Shown: positions 23,695-36,270, counted from the stretch's first letter. The stretch is DNA of 64,000 nucleotides from Octopus sinensis (GCF_006345805.1 NC_043001.1:28086001-28150000), one strand, 5' to 3'. The notes: generated by a model not told the origin, from the letters alone. Numbers and translations: made by a program.

Positions 23695-23733
<39 letters not shown>

Positions 23734-24749
23734 GATAGATAGATACACGCGTTCGTATACGTATTGCATGTACAAAAATATATCTAATTACACTACATGA
23801 AAACTGAAGAAAATAAATATTTGTATGTGTCAAATATATGCATATGAATATACATATTACTTCTCTTTATGCATTGCAAACTATTTTTCTATTTATAATA
23901 ATGTATCTGAAAGTTGAGATAAAAAAAAAAAATAGCATAGCGAAAGACAAAGAAAAAAGAAAACACACAAAAAAACAAATCAAGGGCAAGTTCATATGGA
24001 AGCTGAATTGCCGTTCGTTACGATATAATTATAAACTAAAAACCTCTCTGATATCGAAATATATATGTATGCAACATACAAAAATACTTTGCAATTATTC
24101 CTTAACTGTAAATATTTTCGTTTCTACACTCACAGTTTTTGTTTATTTGGGTTATTTGTTTACTGTCACACTTCTTTTTTCATCTTTTATTTATATTAAA
24201 TCTCATTGTAGAAATTATCTTCCCTTTGTTTTCACAAATATCTAACATATCGTTTTGTTATTTTATGATTATTTTCTCTTTAAATTTTCAGATATATTTA
24301 TTACCTATATTTTTTGACTCATAATTATTCATACCAGCTTTCTATATTCACATGGCTTCTATCGTTTTTATTCCTCTTTCGTGTCTTATATTTTCTTTAC
24401 ATGATGTTTGTAAGATTCTCATTGCTGTATACAGCCGGCAATCATACGTCTTCGCTCTGGTTCATTCATATATTACAGACAGACATGAAGATTATACACA
24501 CGAACATGAACTCACGTACAGACTAGGACTAAAATTGAATCGCAAAAACGTTCACAAACATAATACCGAGACTGACATACGTGCATACAGACAATCATAT
24601 TCACTGATATATCATCAACCAACACACAAACAACACACATATATTATCCTGTATTATGACATGTGTGACTTAAGTTATTGGTAGAATAAACATATAATTT
24701 CAATAAATTATATATATAATACACAGACATTTATAAACAAATAGATAAA

Positions 24750-24796
<47 letters not shown>

Positions 24797-25081
24797 CTAT
24801 ATATATATATATATATATACATATATATTATATATATATAAATATATGTATATATATATATATATTGTGTATATATATATATAATATATATTATATATAT
24901 ATACAATATATATATACATATATTTATATTATATATATATATATATACATACATACATACATATATGCGGTTATGTGTGTGTATATGCGTGTGTATGTGT
25001 GTGTGTATGCGTGTGTGTGTGTTATGTGTGTGTTGTGTGTGTATGTGTGTGTGTGTGTTCACAAAGGAAATAAAGAAAATG

Positions 25082-25323
25082 TCGAACGAAGAATAGCTGT
25101 ATGAAAACAGCTTTGAAGATCGGCTAAATAACAGTGGCCAGAACGTCGGCATAGAGTTTTGAAACCCGAACCTTTCAAATTCTGACTGAGTGCTCTAAGC
25201 CGGAATTTGAGAGGTACGGAGTTCGATTCTCTGTAGCTGTTTGCTGGCTACTTTTCCCGTCTTCTAAGGTTATTTTATTTATCTGATCTTCAATTGTGTT
25301 TTCACAGCTATTCCGCCATTCGA
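25082..25323 (+). mobile_element. small inverted-repeat element with decayed hammerhead motif
   Basis: arms 25082-25123 and 25283-25323 imperfectly complementary; TTGAAGAT-CGGC...GCC-AGAACGTC-GGC at 25113-25150. Confidence 0.45.
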
Positions 25324-25402
25324 TGATTATTCTTCTGCATATATATGTAATATATATATATAATAATAATAATATATATATATATATAATATATTATATA
25401 TA

Positions 25403-25520
25403 TCACGTGATCACGTGACCGACCAGACCATCAGATGTTGTTACAGATCACTGGTCACAATGCGTTTGCATTGTTTTAGCCTTCGAATGACGCCACCCCA
25501 CTGGCTAAGCGAGCAGGCCA
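25403..25520 (-). mobile_element. short element with RTE-type 3' tail
   Basis: reverse complement ends TGTGACCAGTG...GGTCGGTCACGTGATCACGTGA, resembling the RTE 3' end at 63247-63320. Confidence 0.6.
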
Positions 25521-25818
25521 ATATATTATATATATATTATATATAATATATATATATAATATATATATATATGTATATAATAGAAATATTTTACAAAAAG
25601 AAAATAGAATCTACACATGGTAGTGTAAGGGGAAATTAAGAAAAATAGATGAAAATGCACATTGTAAATAAAAAAAAATAATGGCTTTTTATGCAAAGTA
25701 ACAAAAGATATATAAAAGTAATAAAAGTCATTATTTTGAAATTATTAAAGAGATTCAAGCATACCGGTTTCGTAAGTTACTAATCATTGCTTTGAATACA
25801 ATTATTCATATATATATA

Positions 25819-26640
25819 CTAGCAGCATAGCCCGGCGTTGCCCGGGTATGTAAGAGCCCCTAGTAGGCAACGACTAATCCCAATCTAGTCCTTTCCCCCT
25901 AGGGAACGAAGGAGCATGTGTAGGTTGCAATGTCTTCTCTTCACTCGAATACTTCTGTGTATACGATGTTCCTAGCTGTCCCTTTGGGCGAAAACATGAA
26001 AACATCATTGCGCCTCCCAAGAGAGTTAAAAAGGTCGAGTTGCGTCCCCTATACAGTCTGTGGTTTGTGTTTAATACACAAATCCGTTTGCTATGTGTGC
26101 CACGTATGATTTAATTAACCGATTTTTTCCAGTAATAAAGTATCCTATTGGAATAAAAAGGGCCATATAGCTCCTTGGAGCAGACATGATGCTCGCTGTG
26201 AATTAAAAAAGATCCTGCCAATTTGTGAAAGATATTGTCGAAAATATGTTATCTTGAATTTGAACGGATTCCAAAAATGCATGATTTTATCGATTTTTTC
26301 TGATGGTAAGGTATGCATGGAAAACTAACGTCAGAATTAAGTTTCTTAGGGTAACATTAAGCTTCACCATGAGTTTGGTGAAAATCGATTGCAAGTTGCG
26401 AAAACTACAACAGAAAATGTGTTGCATATAAGAAGCTTAGATTCTCGACCTCATGTCGAATTTATCAATTTTTTTCTGAACTGGGGGAACTTTTCAAAAT
26501 TTTCGCTGCGTTAGTTTTGAATTATGACATTGGGCTATGTGTGTGTCAAGTTTCATGAGAATCGGTTGAAAGCCGTGGTCAGGGTGAGGGTACAACCTGA
26601 CAGACACACAGACAGACAAACTGCCGTTTATATATATATA
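25819..26640 (-). mobile_element. non-autonomous Helitron with helicase C-terminal remnant
   Basis: CTAG terminus at 25819-25822 next to CCCGGCGTTGCCCGGG hairpin; minus-strand LGRRNDVFMFSPKGTARNIVYTEVFE* (25941-26021) resembles the end of Helitron PIF1 helicases; 5' end ACAGACAAACTGCCGTTTATATA. Confidence 0.75.
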
Positions 26641-26999
26641 TATATATATAATGTATGTATGTATATATATACGTATATCAATTCATAGATATATAGAGAT
26701 CCACATAACCAAATACACAGATGTATTAACACGTATTTCCCCCCACACATTTGTTTATAAGTACGTACAATCGATCGTACATAAATATATGTATACGTTC
26801 ATACATATATGCATAGGTACAAGCGTACTTACATGTTTAGGTCGACAATCTAGAAGTGAGAGTTAAAACATCTGGATTTTATGTAACGAAACAACCCAAT
26901 GTACTTCTTCCCTTTGTGTTCTGTTTCTATTGTAGATTATTTTGGTCACCCAGTAATTCAGTTACTCCCTCACACATTCCTTTGCTCACATTTTTTGTA

Positions 27000-27056
<57 letters not shown>

Positions 27057-27095
27057 ATGTATATATATATATATATATAAACCTCTGATATATAT

Positions 27096-27149
<54 letters not shown>

Positions 27150-27237
27150 ATGATTATATATATAATATATATATATATATATATTATATATATAATATAT
27201 AGGATATATATATAAAAGGTATATATATATATATACT

Positions 27238-27630
27238 CTTTTACTCTTTTACTTGTTTCAGTCATTTGACTGCGGCCATGCTGGAGCACCGCCTTTAATC
27301 GAGCAACTCGACCCGGGACTTATTCTTTGTAAGCCCAGTACTTATTCTATCGGTCTCTTTTGCCGAACCGCTAAGTGACGGGGACATAAACACACCAGCA
27401 TCGGTTGTCAAGCAATGCTAGGGGGACAAACACAAACATACACGCGCACACACATATACATATATACGACGGGCTTCTTTTCAGTTTCCGTCTACCAAAT
27501 CCACTCACAAGGCTTTGGTCAGCCCGAGGCTATAGCAGAAGACACTTGCTCAAGGTGCCACGCAGCGGGACTGAACCCGGTATCATGTGGTTGGTAAACA
27601 TGCTACTTACCACACAACCACTCCTGCGCC
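27238..27630 (-). mobile_element. full-length CORE-like SINE
   Basis: complete reverse complement of head, core and tail. Confidence 0.9.
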
Positions 27631-27636
27631 TATATA

Positions 27637-27681
<45 letters not shown>

Positions 27682-27687
27682 TATTAT

Positions 27688-27747
<60 letters not shown>

Positions 27748-27859
27748 ATAGCCGTCCACTCGTGACCGAGGAAGACCATTGCTGATCTTCAGGAACATTT
27801 TACGCTCTAAGACTATCTTATATTTTGCATTGCTGCTCCGTTGGTGGCTAATGAGCCCG

Positions 27860-27890
<31 letters not shown>

Positions 27891-27899
27891 CACGCACAC

Positions 27900-28080
27900 A
27901 TTCACTATAATAGATCGTTAGCCACGACACATTCTTTATTTTCTCTCCTTGTTTCTAACTGTGTTCCTTTCTGTGGAAGAGCGTAGGCTCGAAACGTTAA
28001 AGACATTTTCACTTCCCGAGCGTTATACTAATACATCTGTTTGTTGTCTACACCACCTGTCTTCGTCTTTTTTTTTGTTT
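27900..28080 (+). mobile_element. Penelope-like pseudo-LTR with minimal hammerhead variant
   Basis: CTTT-CTGTGGA-A-GAGC-GTAG-GCTC-GAA-ACGT-T-AAAG at 27967-28002; abuts the end of the GIY-YIG ORF in opposite orientation; homologous to 35030-35200. Confidence 0.7.
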
Positions 28081-28800
28081 ATATTTTGTGATTAAATATG
28101 ACTCTTTGCTAATACGCTGACTACAGGTTGCATCGTCCCTGAATTTATAAAGGGGAAAAATTCTGAAGCTTGGTTATTTGTTATTGGTGCAAATGTCGAT
28201 GTGTTCGTTGAATGCCATTTTTCTGTATTCCCGAATTTTGATCTGGGATCGATGTAGAGCCATCCTTTGACGCAGACTGTTTTTAGTTTGGCCTATGTAT
28301 TGCTCTCGACACCCAGAGCAAGTTAATACATATATTAGTTTCTCCGAAGCACATGTGAAATTGTTTTTCACTGTAAAACGTTGGCCCTGTTTGAAAGAGA
28401 ACTCCGATCCCTCAATTAGGTTGACGCATATACCACAGTTAGGTCTTCCATATTTTTTTATTGACGGCTTCAGCATTGTTGTCGAGCGCACTTGGGCTTG
28501 TGTGAGATGTGTTAGATAGAGGTAAAAATCTCCATATAAAAAGCTCTCTCTGGAATAAATCCAGCTGTATTTGCATCTGGAGTTGTGATGGTTATTTTAC
28601 AAGGAATATGAAAATAATTTGGATCAATTTATCAGTCTGTGCGCAAACGTGTACTTCAGTTTCATTGTCTCCCCTCCCCTCATCTCCTTTCTACATAATT
28701 AGTGACAAAATTTAAATAAATGAATTATAAAGTCCCAGTTTATTTATATTTTCGAGACCAGTCTCTGCTAAAATGAGTCTCCTTTCACTTTATCTGTAGT
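28081..28800 (-). mobile_element. Penelope-like element GIY-YIG endonuclease remnant
   Basis: CGICVNL..FTCASEKLIYVLTCSGCREQYIGQTKNSLRQRMALHRSQI..EH..; after one stop continues FRIFPLYK..RISKESYLITKY. Confidence 0.9.
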
Positions 28801-29771
28801 GAAATTATATTGTAATAATAAATAAACCCTTAGTTACTTGGTACTGACGTGATTCAACCATATCGAAGTGGAAGTTATATACGAATATTAAGGATTTGAT
28901 TGTTATAACGAAAATTAAATGAAAGTAGAATTCAAATAAATGCTTGAAGATTATATGATAAACTTCATGCTATCCAACTAAAATTTGATTCGCGAATGAA
29001 ACAAAAAATAATATCGATTGTTGGAAAATCGATCCTGTTCCTTGCAAGAGGAATCAACCACCAATAAACAAATAGTATTTAAGATAATTTAACTAGCAAA
29101 TTACCATAATTCCATGGCTATAATATTGTTATATCAACATTTCCGTGCTTAATGCCTATTAGATAATAGTTACCAACACAATAAGTTCTGTAATCTCACT
29201 TCACTTCTTCAATTTTTAACTAGAACAGTTAATGCACAATAAGTAGTAATGTGTGAACTGAGCACACGCTGTACATATAGCCTCATTTATCATTGATTTG
29301 TTCATCGTGGAACTGGGATTACAGATCCACGTCCAATTCTGAATTATGTTGCGCTTATCACGGATTGATCTGTAATAACACTGGTCGGCGATCAGCCGAT
29401 GATTCTGTTTGCACTGCAAAATGCGCCCCAGTGTTCACCAAAAATACTCTGATAATCAGAATGCAGTGACTATCGCTTGAGTTTACATGATCGGGCTGCA
29501 AGGTTGCGTATTTTTATACGAATTCGTATCAATCAACATGAGACTAGTGAGCAGAAAAAAATACGAAGGTACCTGATCCTAATAAATGATGCAGACGAGC
29601 GTATTCTCTATAGGCTTAAATATATAGATAAATAAATAAATGAATAAATAAATAAATAAAGGGGATTTATAAGACAATGAGATGGTCAGATTAAGTTTTG
29701 AACACAGTTCACCATATATCTGTTTCATCAACCTGACGATGGGCTAAACAACAAAGTAGTTATTCGCAATA

Positions 29772-30395
29772 TTCTTTTCTACTCTAGGCACAAGGCCCAA
29801 ACTTTTCGTGGAAGGGGGCCAGTCGATTAGATCGACCCCAGTACACAACTGGTACTTAATTTATCGACCTCAAAAGGATGAAAGCAAAGTCGACCTCGGC
29901 GGAATTTGAACTCAGAACGTATTTCTTTACTATTCACAAGGAGCTAAACACAGAGAGGACAAACAAGGACAGACAAAGGGATTAAGTCGATTATATCTAC
30001 CCCAGTGCGTAACTGGTACATATTTAATCGATCCCGAAAGGATGAAAGGCAAAGTCGACCTCGGCGGAATTGGAACTCAAGAACGTAACTCAGACGAAAT
30101 ACCGCTAAGCATTTCTCTCGGCATGTTAACATTTCTGCCAGCTCGCTGCTTAGTTATACGCAATATTACAGTAATATATTGGGCAGCGAGTTGGTAGAAT
30201 GGTTAGATCACCGGCCAAAATGCTTAGCAGCATGTCGTATGCTTTTACATTTTGAATTCAAATTGCACCGAGTTCAATTTTGCCCCTCATCCTTTCGGGA
30301 TTGATAAAATAGGTACCAGTTGACCGTTGGGCGCCATGTAATCGACTTACCGACTTCCCTGAAATGGCTGGCATTGTGCTATATTTTGAAACCAA
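29772..30395. mobile_element. head-to-head Meta-type SINEs: dimer on minus (29772-30150), diverged copy on plus (30180-30395)
   Basis: family head, Meta motif and tails in opposite orientations about 30 bp apart. Confidence 0.8.
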
Positions 30396-30699
30396 TATTA
30401 TTGCAATAGCTGCAAGAGCTAAAGCAGCAATGCACGTTCTCCGAAGAGACTAATCCGTCTGTGTAGAAAAAGACGAAGGAAAAGTGAAGAAGTTCTACGC
30501 GGAGTGGGAAGAGGAAGGAGAGGAGGAGATGAAGGGATATCAAGGCGGTGATGGGTTGGATGAAAGAAATAGCAACGACGAGAGGGGGGAGTCACATGGT
30601 TGAAACAGGAATTAGAAAAATATATGGGAAAAATAAAGAGAAAAAAATAAGTAAACGTCTCAAAAGGAGAAGCAAGAACCAGAATGTTGTTATTGTTGA

Positions 30700-30714
30700 A
30701 TGATGATGATGATA

Positions 30715-30761
<47 letters not shown>

Positions 30762-30907
30762 GGTGGTGGTGGTGGTGGTGGTGATGATAGTGATGATGAT
30801 GATGATGATGATGATGGTAGTGATGATGATGATGGTGGTGGTGATGATGATGGTAGTGATGATGATGATGGTGATGATGATGGTAATGATGGTGATGATG
30901 ATGATGG

Positions 30908-30949
<42 letters not shown>

Positions 30950-30992
30950 CGATGATGATGATGATGATAATGATGATCAAGTTGATAAATGA
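30700..30992. repeat. GAT/GGT trinucleotide microsatellite
   Basis: direct reading. Confidence 0.95.
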
Positions 30993-31307
30993 TGATGATA
31001 AAGAAAGGTTAGATGAAAAAAAAATTACTTAGAATTTAAATGAATAAATAAATAAAAAGCAAACGGGTTAATAAAAAGGAACAAAAACAAAGAAAGACAG
31101 TTAAGAAAGAGGGGAAAAAGAAAGAAAAAGAAGGAATGGAGAAGAAGAAGAAACAGAAAAAAAGGAGGGAGAAAGAAAGAAGGAAAGAAAGAAAGAAAGA
31201 AACTAAGATTTGTAAGCGATGCGTCTCAGTGTGTGATGTGTGAAAGTTGTGTCAGCGAGTGAGAATAGAAGGAAAAAATCTACTCACAGCAGCCTTGTTA
31301 TGTGTGT

Positions 31308-31339
<32 letters not shown>

Positions 31340-32434
31340 TGTGTGTGTTGTGGTGTGTGTGTGTGTTGTGTGTGTGTGTTGTTGTTGTTGTCGTTTGACA
31401 CAATAAAGAAAAATTGTATTCTAAACTATATCAATGACGTAAACACAAATAGCCGTTTCGTTTCCAAGGAGAGACTTATTTTAAGCTAACCAACCAAACC
31501 AGCCAACCAACCAACCAACCAACCAACTAACCAACAACAAAGCGAGCTGGCCTGTCTGCAAATCCGTCCTGCTTTACTTTGTGGTAAATGGAAGTCTGCT
31601 TAAAAGCAAAACAAAAATCAAATCAAATCAAATAAAAAAAAAATGTCGATCTTTTCTGATGAGAAGGTGCGGTATGTTGGTATAGATGTGATGGAGGGAG
31701 CGTTGTTGTTTCTGTCTCGTCCAATTTTTTTCCTTTCTCTTCCATTTTTTTTTATCGAAGTAGGAAATTTTATTGAATATAGCCGTTGTTTGAAGCAAAC
31801 TGACTTTGGAGCAAGAAACACTACAACAATACCATCCGCCATTGCAGAGTTTCGTTCTTTCTTTATATTTTTATTTGTATCGAATTTTGCAAATAACTTA
31901 CGTTGTAATTGTTCTGATTAATATTCCAAATCTAGGAGAGAATCATAAATTTTCAAGCTTTGTGACTGATACAGTTTCCCACGTATTATCTCCAGGTCAT
32001 ATTTTCGTTTTGTTTTCTTGTGCTTTTTTATTGTAGACTGTCATTTAAATCTTTTAACATTTGTGTTCTAAATTATATTTTAGGTTTTAGCTTTATTTCT
32101 TAACGTTTATTATTTTTTTTCTTCATTTGATTTTATTTCTCTATCATGCACGTTTTCACAAAGGTTTAAATCAAACCAACGAATATAACTCTACATTCTT
32201 ACTCAACATGTTATAAAATGGAGCCAAATATTCTACGATCTGCACTCAATGATCTTAAAAAAGGAAAGGGCAACACAATCTAATCTTGTGTTTCATTTAG
32301 GCTGGAAACTGTGATGATCAGAAAGGAGGCAAACTGCTGCCATGTTTTGTTGCTTTGCCTATTAGCAATTGCAACCAAGTCTGCCACGATTTACACCTAA
32401 TGGTATTAAGAACTGAAAGTGCGTAACAGTTCAG

Positions 32435-32861
32435 TTGTTTCTCATTATTCATATTTCAGTATTATTCATTTCATTCCTTATTCAGTACACGTATGTGTAC
32501 TGAATAAGGTGTCCACTCTTATCAAGGATCTCTTTGCCTCCACACTTAGCAACGTCCACCCTTAAGCAGAGCGCAAATTTCATTCCTCTTTAACCTTTCC
32601 AATGTCGGTTGTATCAATTTGACATTGTATCAATGCAATAAAGACACCACAATGCACCTGGTGTCTTCACTGCATGCGGATGATGATGCATGGTTTGGAA
32701 AGATTAAAGAGGAATGAAATGTGCGCTCTGCTTAAGAGTGGATGTTGCTAAGTGTGGGAGCAAAGCGATCCTTGATAAGAGTGGACACCTTATTCAGTAC
32801 ATATACATGTACTGAGTAAGGAATGAAATGAATAATATTGAAATATGAATAAGGGAAACAA
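32435..32861. repeat. long fold-back element, arms of about 165 bp
   Basis: 32435-32601 is the reverse complement of 32696-32861 with few mismatches; each arm contains the inner palindrome CCTTATTCAGTAC...GTACTGARTAAGG. Confidence 0.9.
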
Positions 32862-32956
32862 TATGAAAGTTAGAATAAAGCTTGAATAATTAACACAAGA
32901 ATGGCCGTGCAGACGGCCAATCATTCGGGGTGAGATGTTAATAGGCAAATAGGCGC

Positions 32957-33310
32957 TATAGGGTACTCAGGCAGGAACGGAAAGTATAGGGTACCAAGTC
33001 AGTGGATATTAATAATGCTCTATTCAGTTTCAACTATAACATGATTAGTAAAAAAAAACCACACATCCGTTTATTATTTCCTTAAAATCAGACTAGAGAC
33101 TACTAAATAGCCTGGTAAAATAGTGTTCCAGCCATATCAAAATGTTTTGTATTGCTAATGTGTTTCTTCAATGTTGCTTTTATTTATTCTGTAATTAATT
33201 GCAAAATTGTCCCATTCTTCATATTCATTGCTTGAAAATCGATAAATCTTGAAATTTATAATCAATGTAATTTCAGCTAAAAACATTTAAACCTACTGAG
33301 TATCCCTGTA
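32957..33310. mobile_element. possible Tc1/mariner-type MITE
   Basis: TATAGGGTACTCAG at left and CTGAGTATCCCTGTA at right form an imperfect TIR with TA ends. Confidence 0.4.
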
Positions 33311-33359
33311 TGTGTAGATATGCGTATATACGTTTTTCTTTAATAAATAAGGGAATATA

Positions 33360-33592
33360 TATTTCTTTACTGCCCACAAGGGGCTAAACATAGAGAGGAC
33401 AAACAAGGACAGACAAAGGAATTAAGTCGATTGCATCGCCCCCAGTGCGAAACTGGTACTTTATTTATCGACCCCGAAAGGATGAAAGGCAAAGTCGACC
33501 TCGGCGGAATTTGAACTCAGAACGTAACGACACACGAAATACCGCTAAGCATTTCGCCCGGCGCGCTAACGTTTCTGCCAGCTCGCCGCCTC
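33360..33592 (-). mobile_element. Meta-type SINE monomer with tail B
   Basis: head GGCGAGCTGGCAGAAACGTTAGCGCGCCGGGCG through tail GCCCCTTGTGGGCAGTAAAGAAAT on the minus strand. Confidence 0.9.
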
Positions 33593-34199
33593 TTTTGGTA
33601 AATAAGGGAATATAGTTTAGCTTTTCTGTTTTAATGAAACAACACTTTGACCTTAAATATTCCTTTAAATTATTGATTGTCTTGAAATATTGATGACGTG
33701 TTTCAGGTGCATATGTTCCTGGAAGCTGTATCATACGAACCATGATTTTTAGATTCATCAATAATGAAAATTCCATTTGGCAATGTTATACAATGGAGAA
33801 GGAATAGTCACGGTTGGAATGCTTTTGATTCTCAGGTTTGGCAGATCAATGCCGACTTGAGCCTAGGCAACAACAATTCTTGATCTTGTCCAAATTTCAC
33901 ATCCATCACCTTTAAACACAATCTTATTTTCTTCAATATCACACTGGATCAGACTTACATAATTTCGCGTTTAGATATAAACTCATGTGAGTAAATAAGG
34001 TCTCTTCAAATAGGCTGTAAAAGCCAATCGGTATGTCTCTTCGTTGTCGTGCGACCTTGCCTGCTCGAAATAGCAGTCAAATATCTCACAAATCACATTC
34101 CACTGTCCTAGAAAACGTTATATTGGATAACGAGCAAAACGCCCCCTGTCCAATGGAAGGTGCTGAGTTGTTAAACATTTAAACAAAATTTTCTCAAAA

Positions 34200-34506
34200 C
34201 AACTTGTCCGACCGTCCCATAGTCCTCCCCTTTGAGAAACACTGATTTAATCTAAATTTGAGACAACAGCAAAAGAAGAAATAAAGAGACTTTTTTCTAT
34301 TCCAAGAAAAATGATTTTACAAATGCACGTTCCACGGCTTTATCGATCGCATTCTCACCTGGAATCGAATTTTGTAATTTTTTTCAAAACGTATACACAC
34401 CCTGATACCGTCGGTATCTACATATCAAATTTGAGCGCAATCGGATGGAGGATGCACTAGATCCTAGAAGACACACACACAGACAGAACGGATTTTATAT
34501 AATAGA
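34200..34506 (-). mobile_element. Helitron 5' segment
   Basis: minus-strand start A|TCTATTATATAAAATCCG; ATCAAATTTGAGCGCAATCGG and ACACACACAGACAGA blocks parallel the element at 25819-26640. Confidence 0.55.
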
Positions 34507-34985
34507 TGTGTGTCTGAGTTCCTCGCAAATAGAATAAAAATTTGACTGTCAGGACTAAATGCTTTTGATCATAGATCTGCTCTATCAGGTCTAACTTAGT
34601 GCTAGATAGCAACAATAATATATATACACTTTACGTATATACACGTAAATACAACAAAAATACGGATACAGAAAATTAACTCTTAATTCTTGAATTCACC
34701 ATACAATTCCGATGATCGTTTCTGTTTTATCAACATATTTAGAAACAGTAAATATCATTCACATTAGTATATCCGAAAATACATGTTAAGACAACGTTTT
34801 CAAGACGATCACCATAGATACATTTATTCACTTGGAACATGTATCGGAGAACTCAGAGATCTTCAGAAAAATACATTTCACAATGCTCCCTTTTTCTCTC
34901 TCCTGGTCTCTCTCATTCTCCCTCTCCCTCCCCCTCTCTCTCTATCTCATATAGCACATGCATATGTTAAACATGAAGACACGCC

Positions 34986-35029
<44 letters not shown>

Positions 35030-35030
<1 letters not shown>

Positions 35031-35200
35031 GGGAGAGTTCACAAAAAACAAAACAAAAGACGAATACAGGTGGTGTACAAAACAAACAGATGTATTAGTA
35101 TAGCACTCAGGAATGGAAAAAGTATTTTACGTTTCGAGCCTACGCTCTTCTACAGAAAGAGATACAGAAAAACAACAACAAACAAGCAGAGAAACAAGTG
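35030..35200 (-). mobile_element. solo Penelope-like pseudo-LTR with minimal hammerhead variant
   Basis: minus strand TCTTT-CTGTAGA-A-GAGC-GTAG-GCTC-GAA-ACGT-A-AAA at 35160-35125; flanked by (TA)n. Confidence 0.7.
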
Positions 35201-35300
35201 TGTATATGTTTATATATATATATACAGTCCATATATTGTGAAGTATACTTAAAGATATAATTTATAAGGAATTTAACTTTATATATATATATATAATATA

Positions 35301-35333
<33 letters not shown>

Positions 35334-35481
35334 ATATATATATAATATATATATAATGCGTATATATATATAATGCGTATATATATATATATATATAAAT
35401 TATATATGAGGATAATATCGATATTTAAGTGTCGAAATTATCTGCTATTTCGGCATGTTGGTGTCTTTTAGACACCCTCAT

Positions 35482-35531
<50 letters not shown>

Positions 35532-35869
35532 ATATATATATATGGATATATATATATATGTATAATGTGTGTATGCATGAACTTACAGAGAGAAAGAAAG
35601 AGAAAGTGAGTGAGTGAGAGGGAGTTAGGCAGACAGGGAGACAGAAATATATATATAGAGAAGATGGAGAACGTGTATTCATACATCACAGTACGGGGAA
35701 AAAAAAGAAAACAGACAAAGTGATTGAGAGTGAGAGAGTGAATGAGTGGGTGAGCGAGTGAGTAAGTGAGTGGGTGTTTGTGTGTTTGAGAGTATGCGAA
35801 GTGACTTATAAAAGCAAAGAAGTGAAGCGATAGGAGAAAGAATGGAAAATGGAATAAAAAAGAATAATG

Positions 35870-35877
35870 ATACAACA

Positions 35878-35917
<40 letters not shown>

Positions 35918-35949
35918 TAATAATAATGATGATGATGATGGTAATAATA

Positions 35950-35990
<41 letters not shown>

Positions 35991-36023
35991 GTAATAATAA
36001 TAAAATAATAATAATAATAATAA

Positions 36024-36054
<31 letters not shown>

Positions 36055-36107
36055 TAATGGTAATAATAATAATAATATAATATAATAATAATGATAATAT
36101 AATAATG

Positions 36108-36181
<74 letters not shown>

Positions 36182-36220
36182 CATAATAATAATAATAAAA
36201 TAATAATAATGATAATAATA

Positions 36221-36259
<39 letters not shown>

Positions 36260-36270
36260 GTAATAATAAT
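35870..36270. repeat. TAA/GAT microsatellite
   Basis: direct reading. Confidence 0.95.

Noticed and set aside
31643-31921. ORF MSIFSDEKVRYVGIDV with a GTATGT donor-like site
   Set aside because: Short, no recognisable domain; the YVGID resemblance to transposases or ATPases is too weak
32310-32416. Possible C/D snoRNA (TGATGA...CTGA)
   Set aside because: Only a 3-bp terminal stem and no recognisable rRNA/snRNA guide
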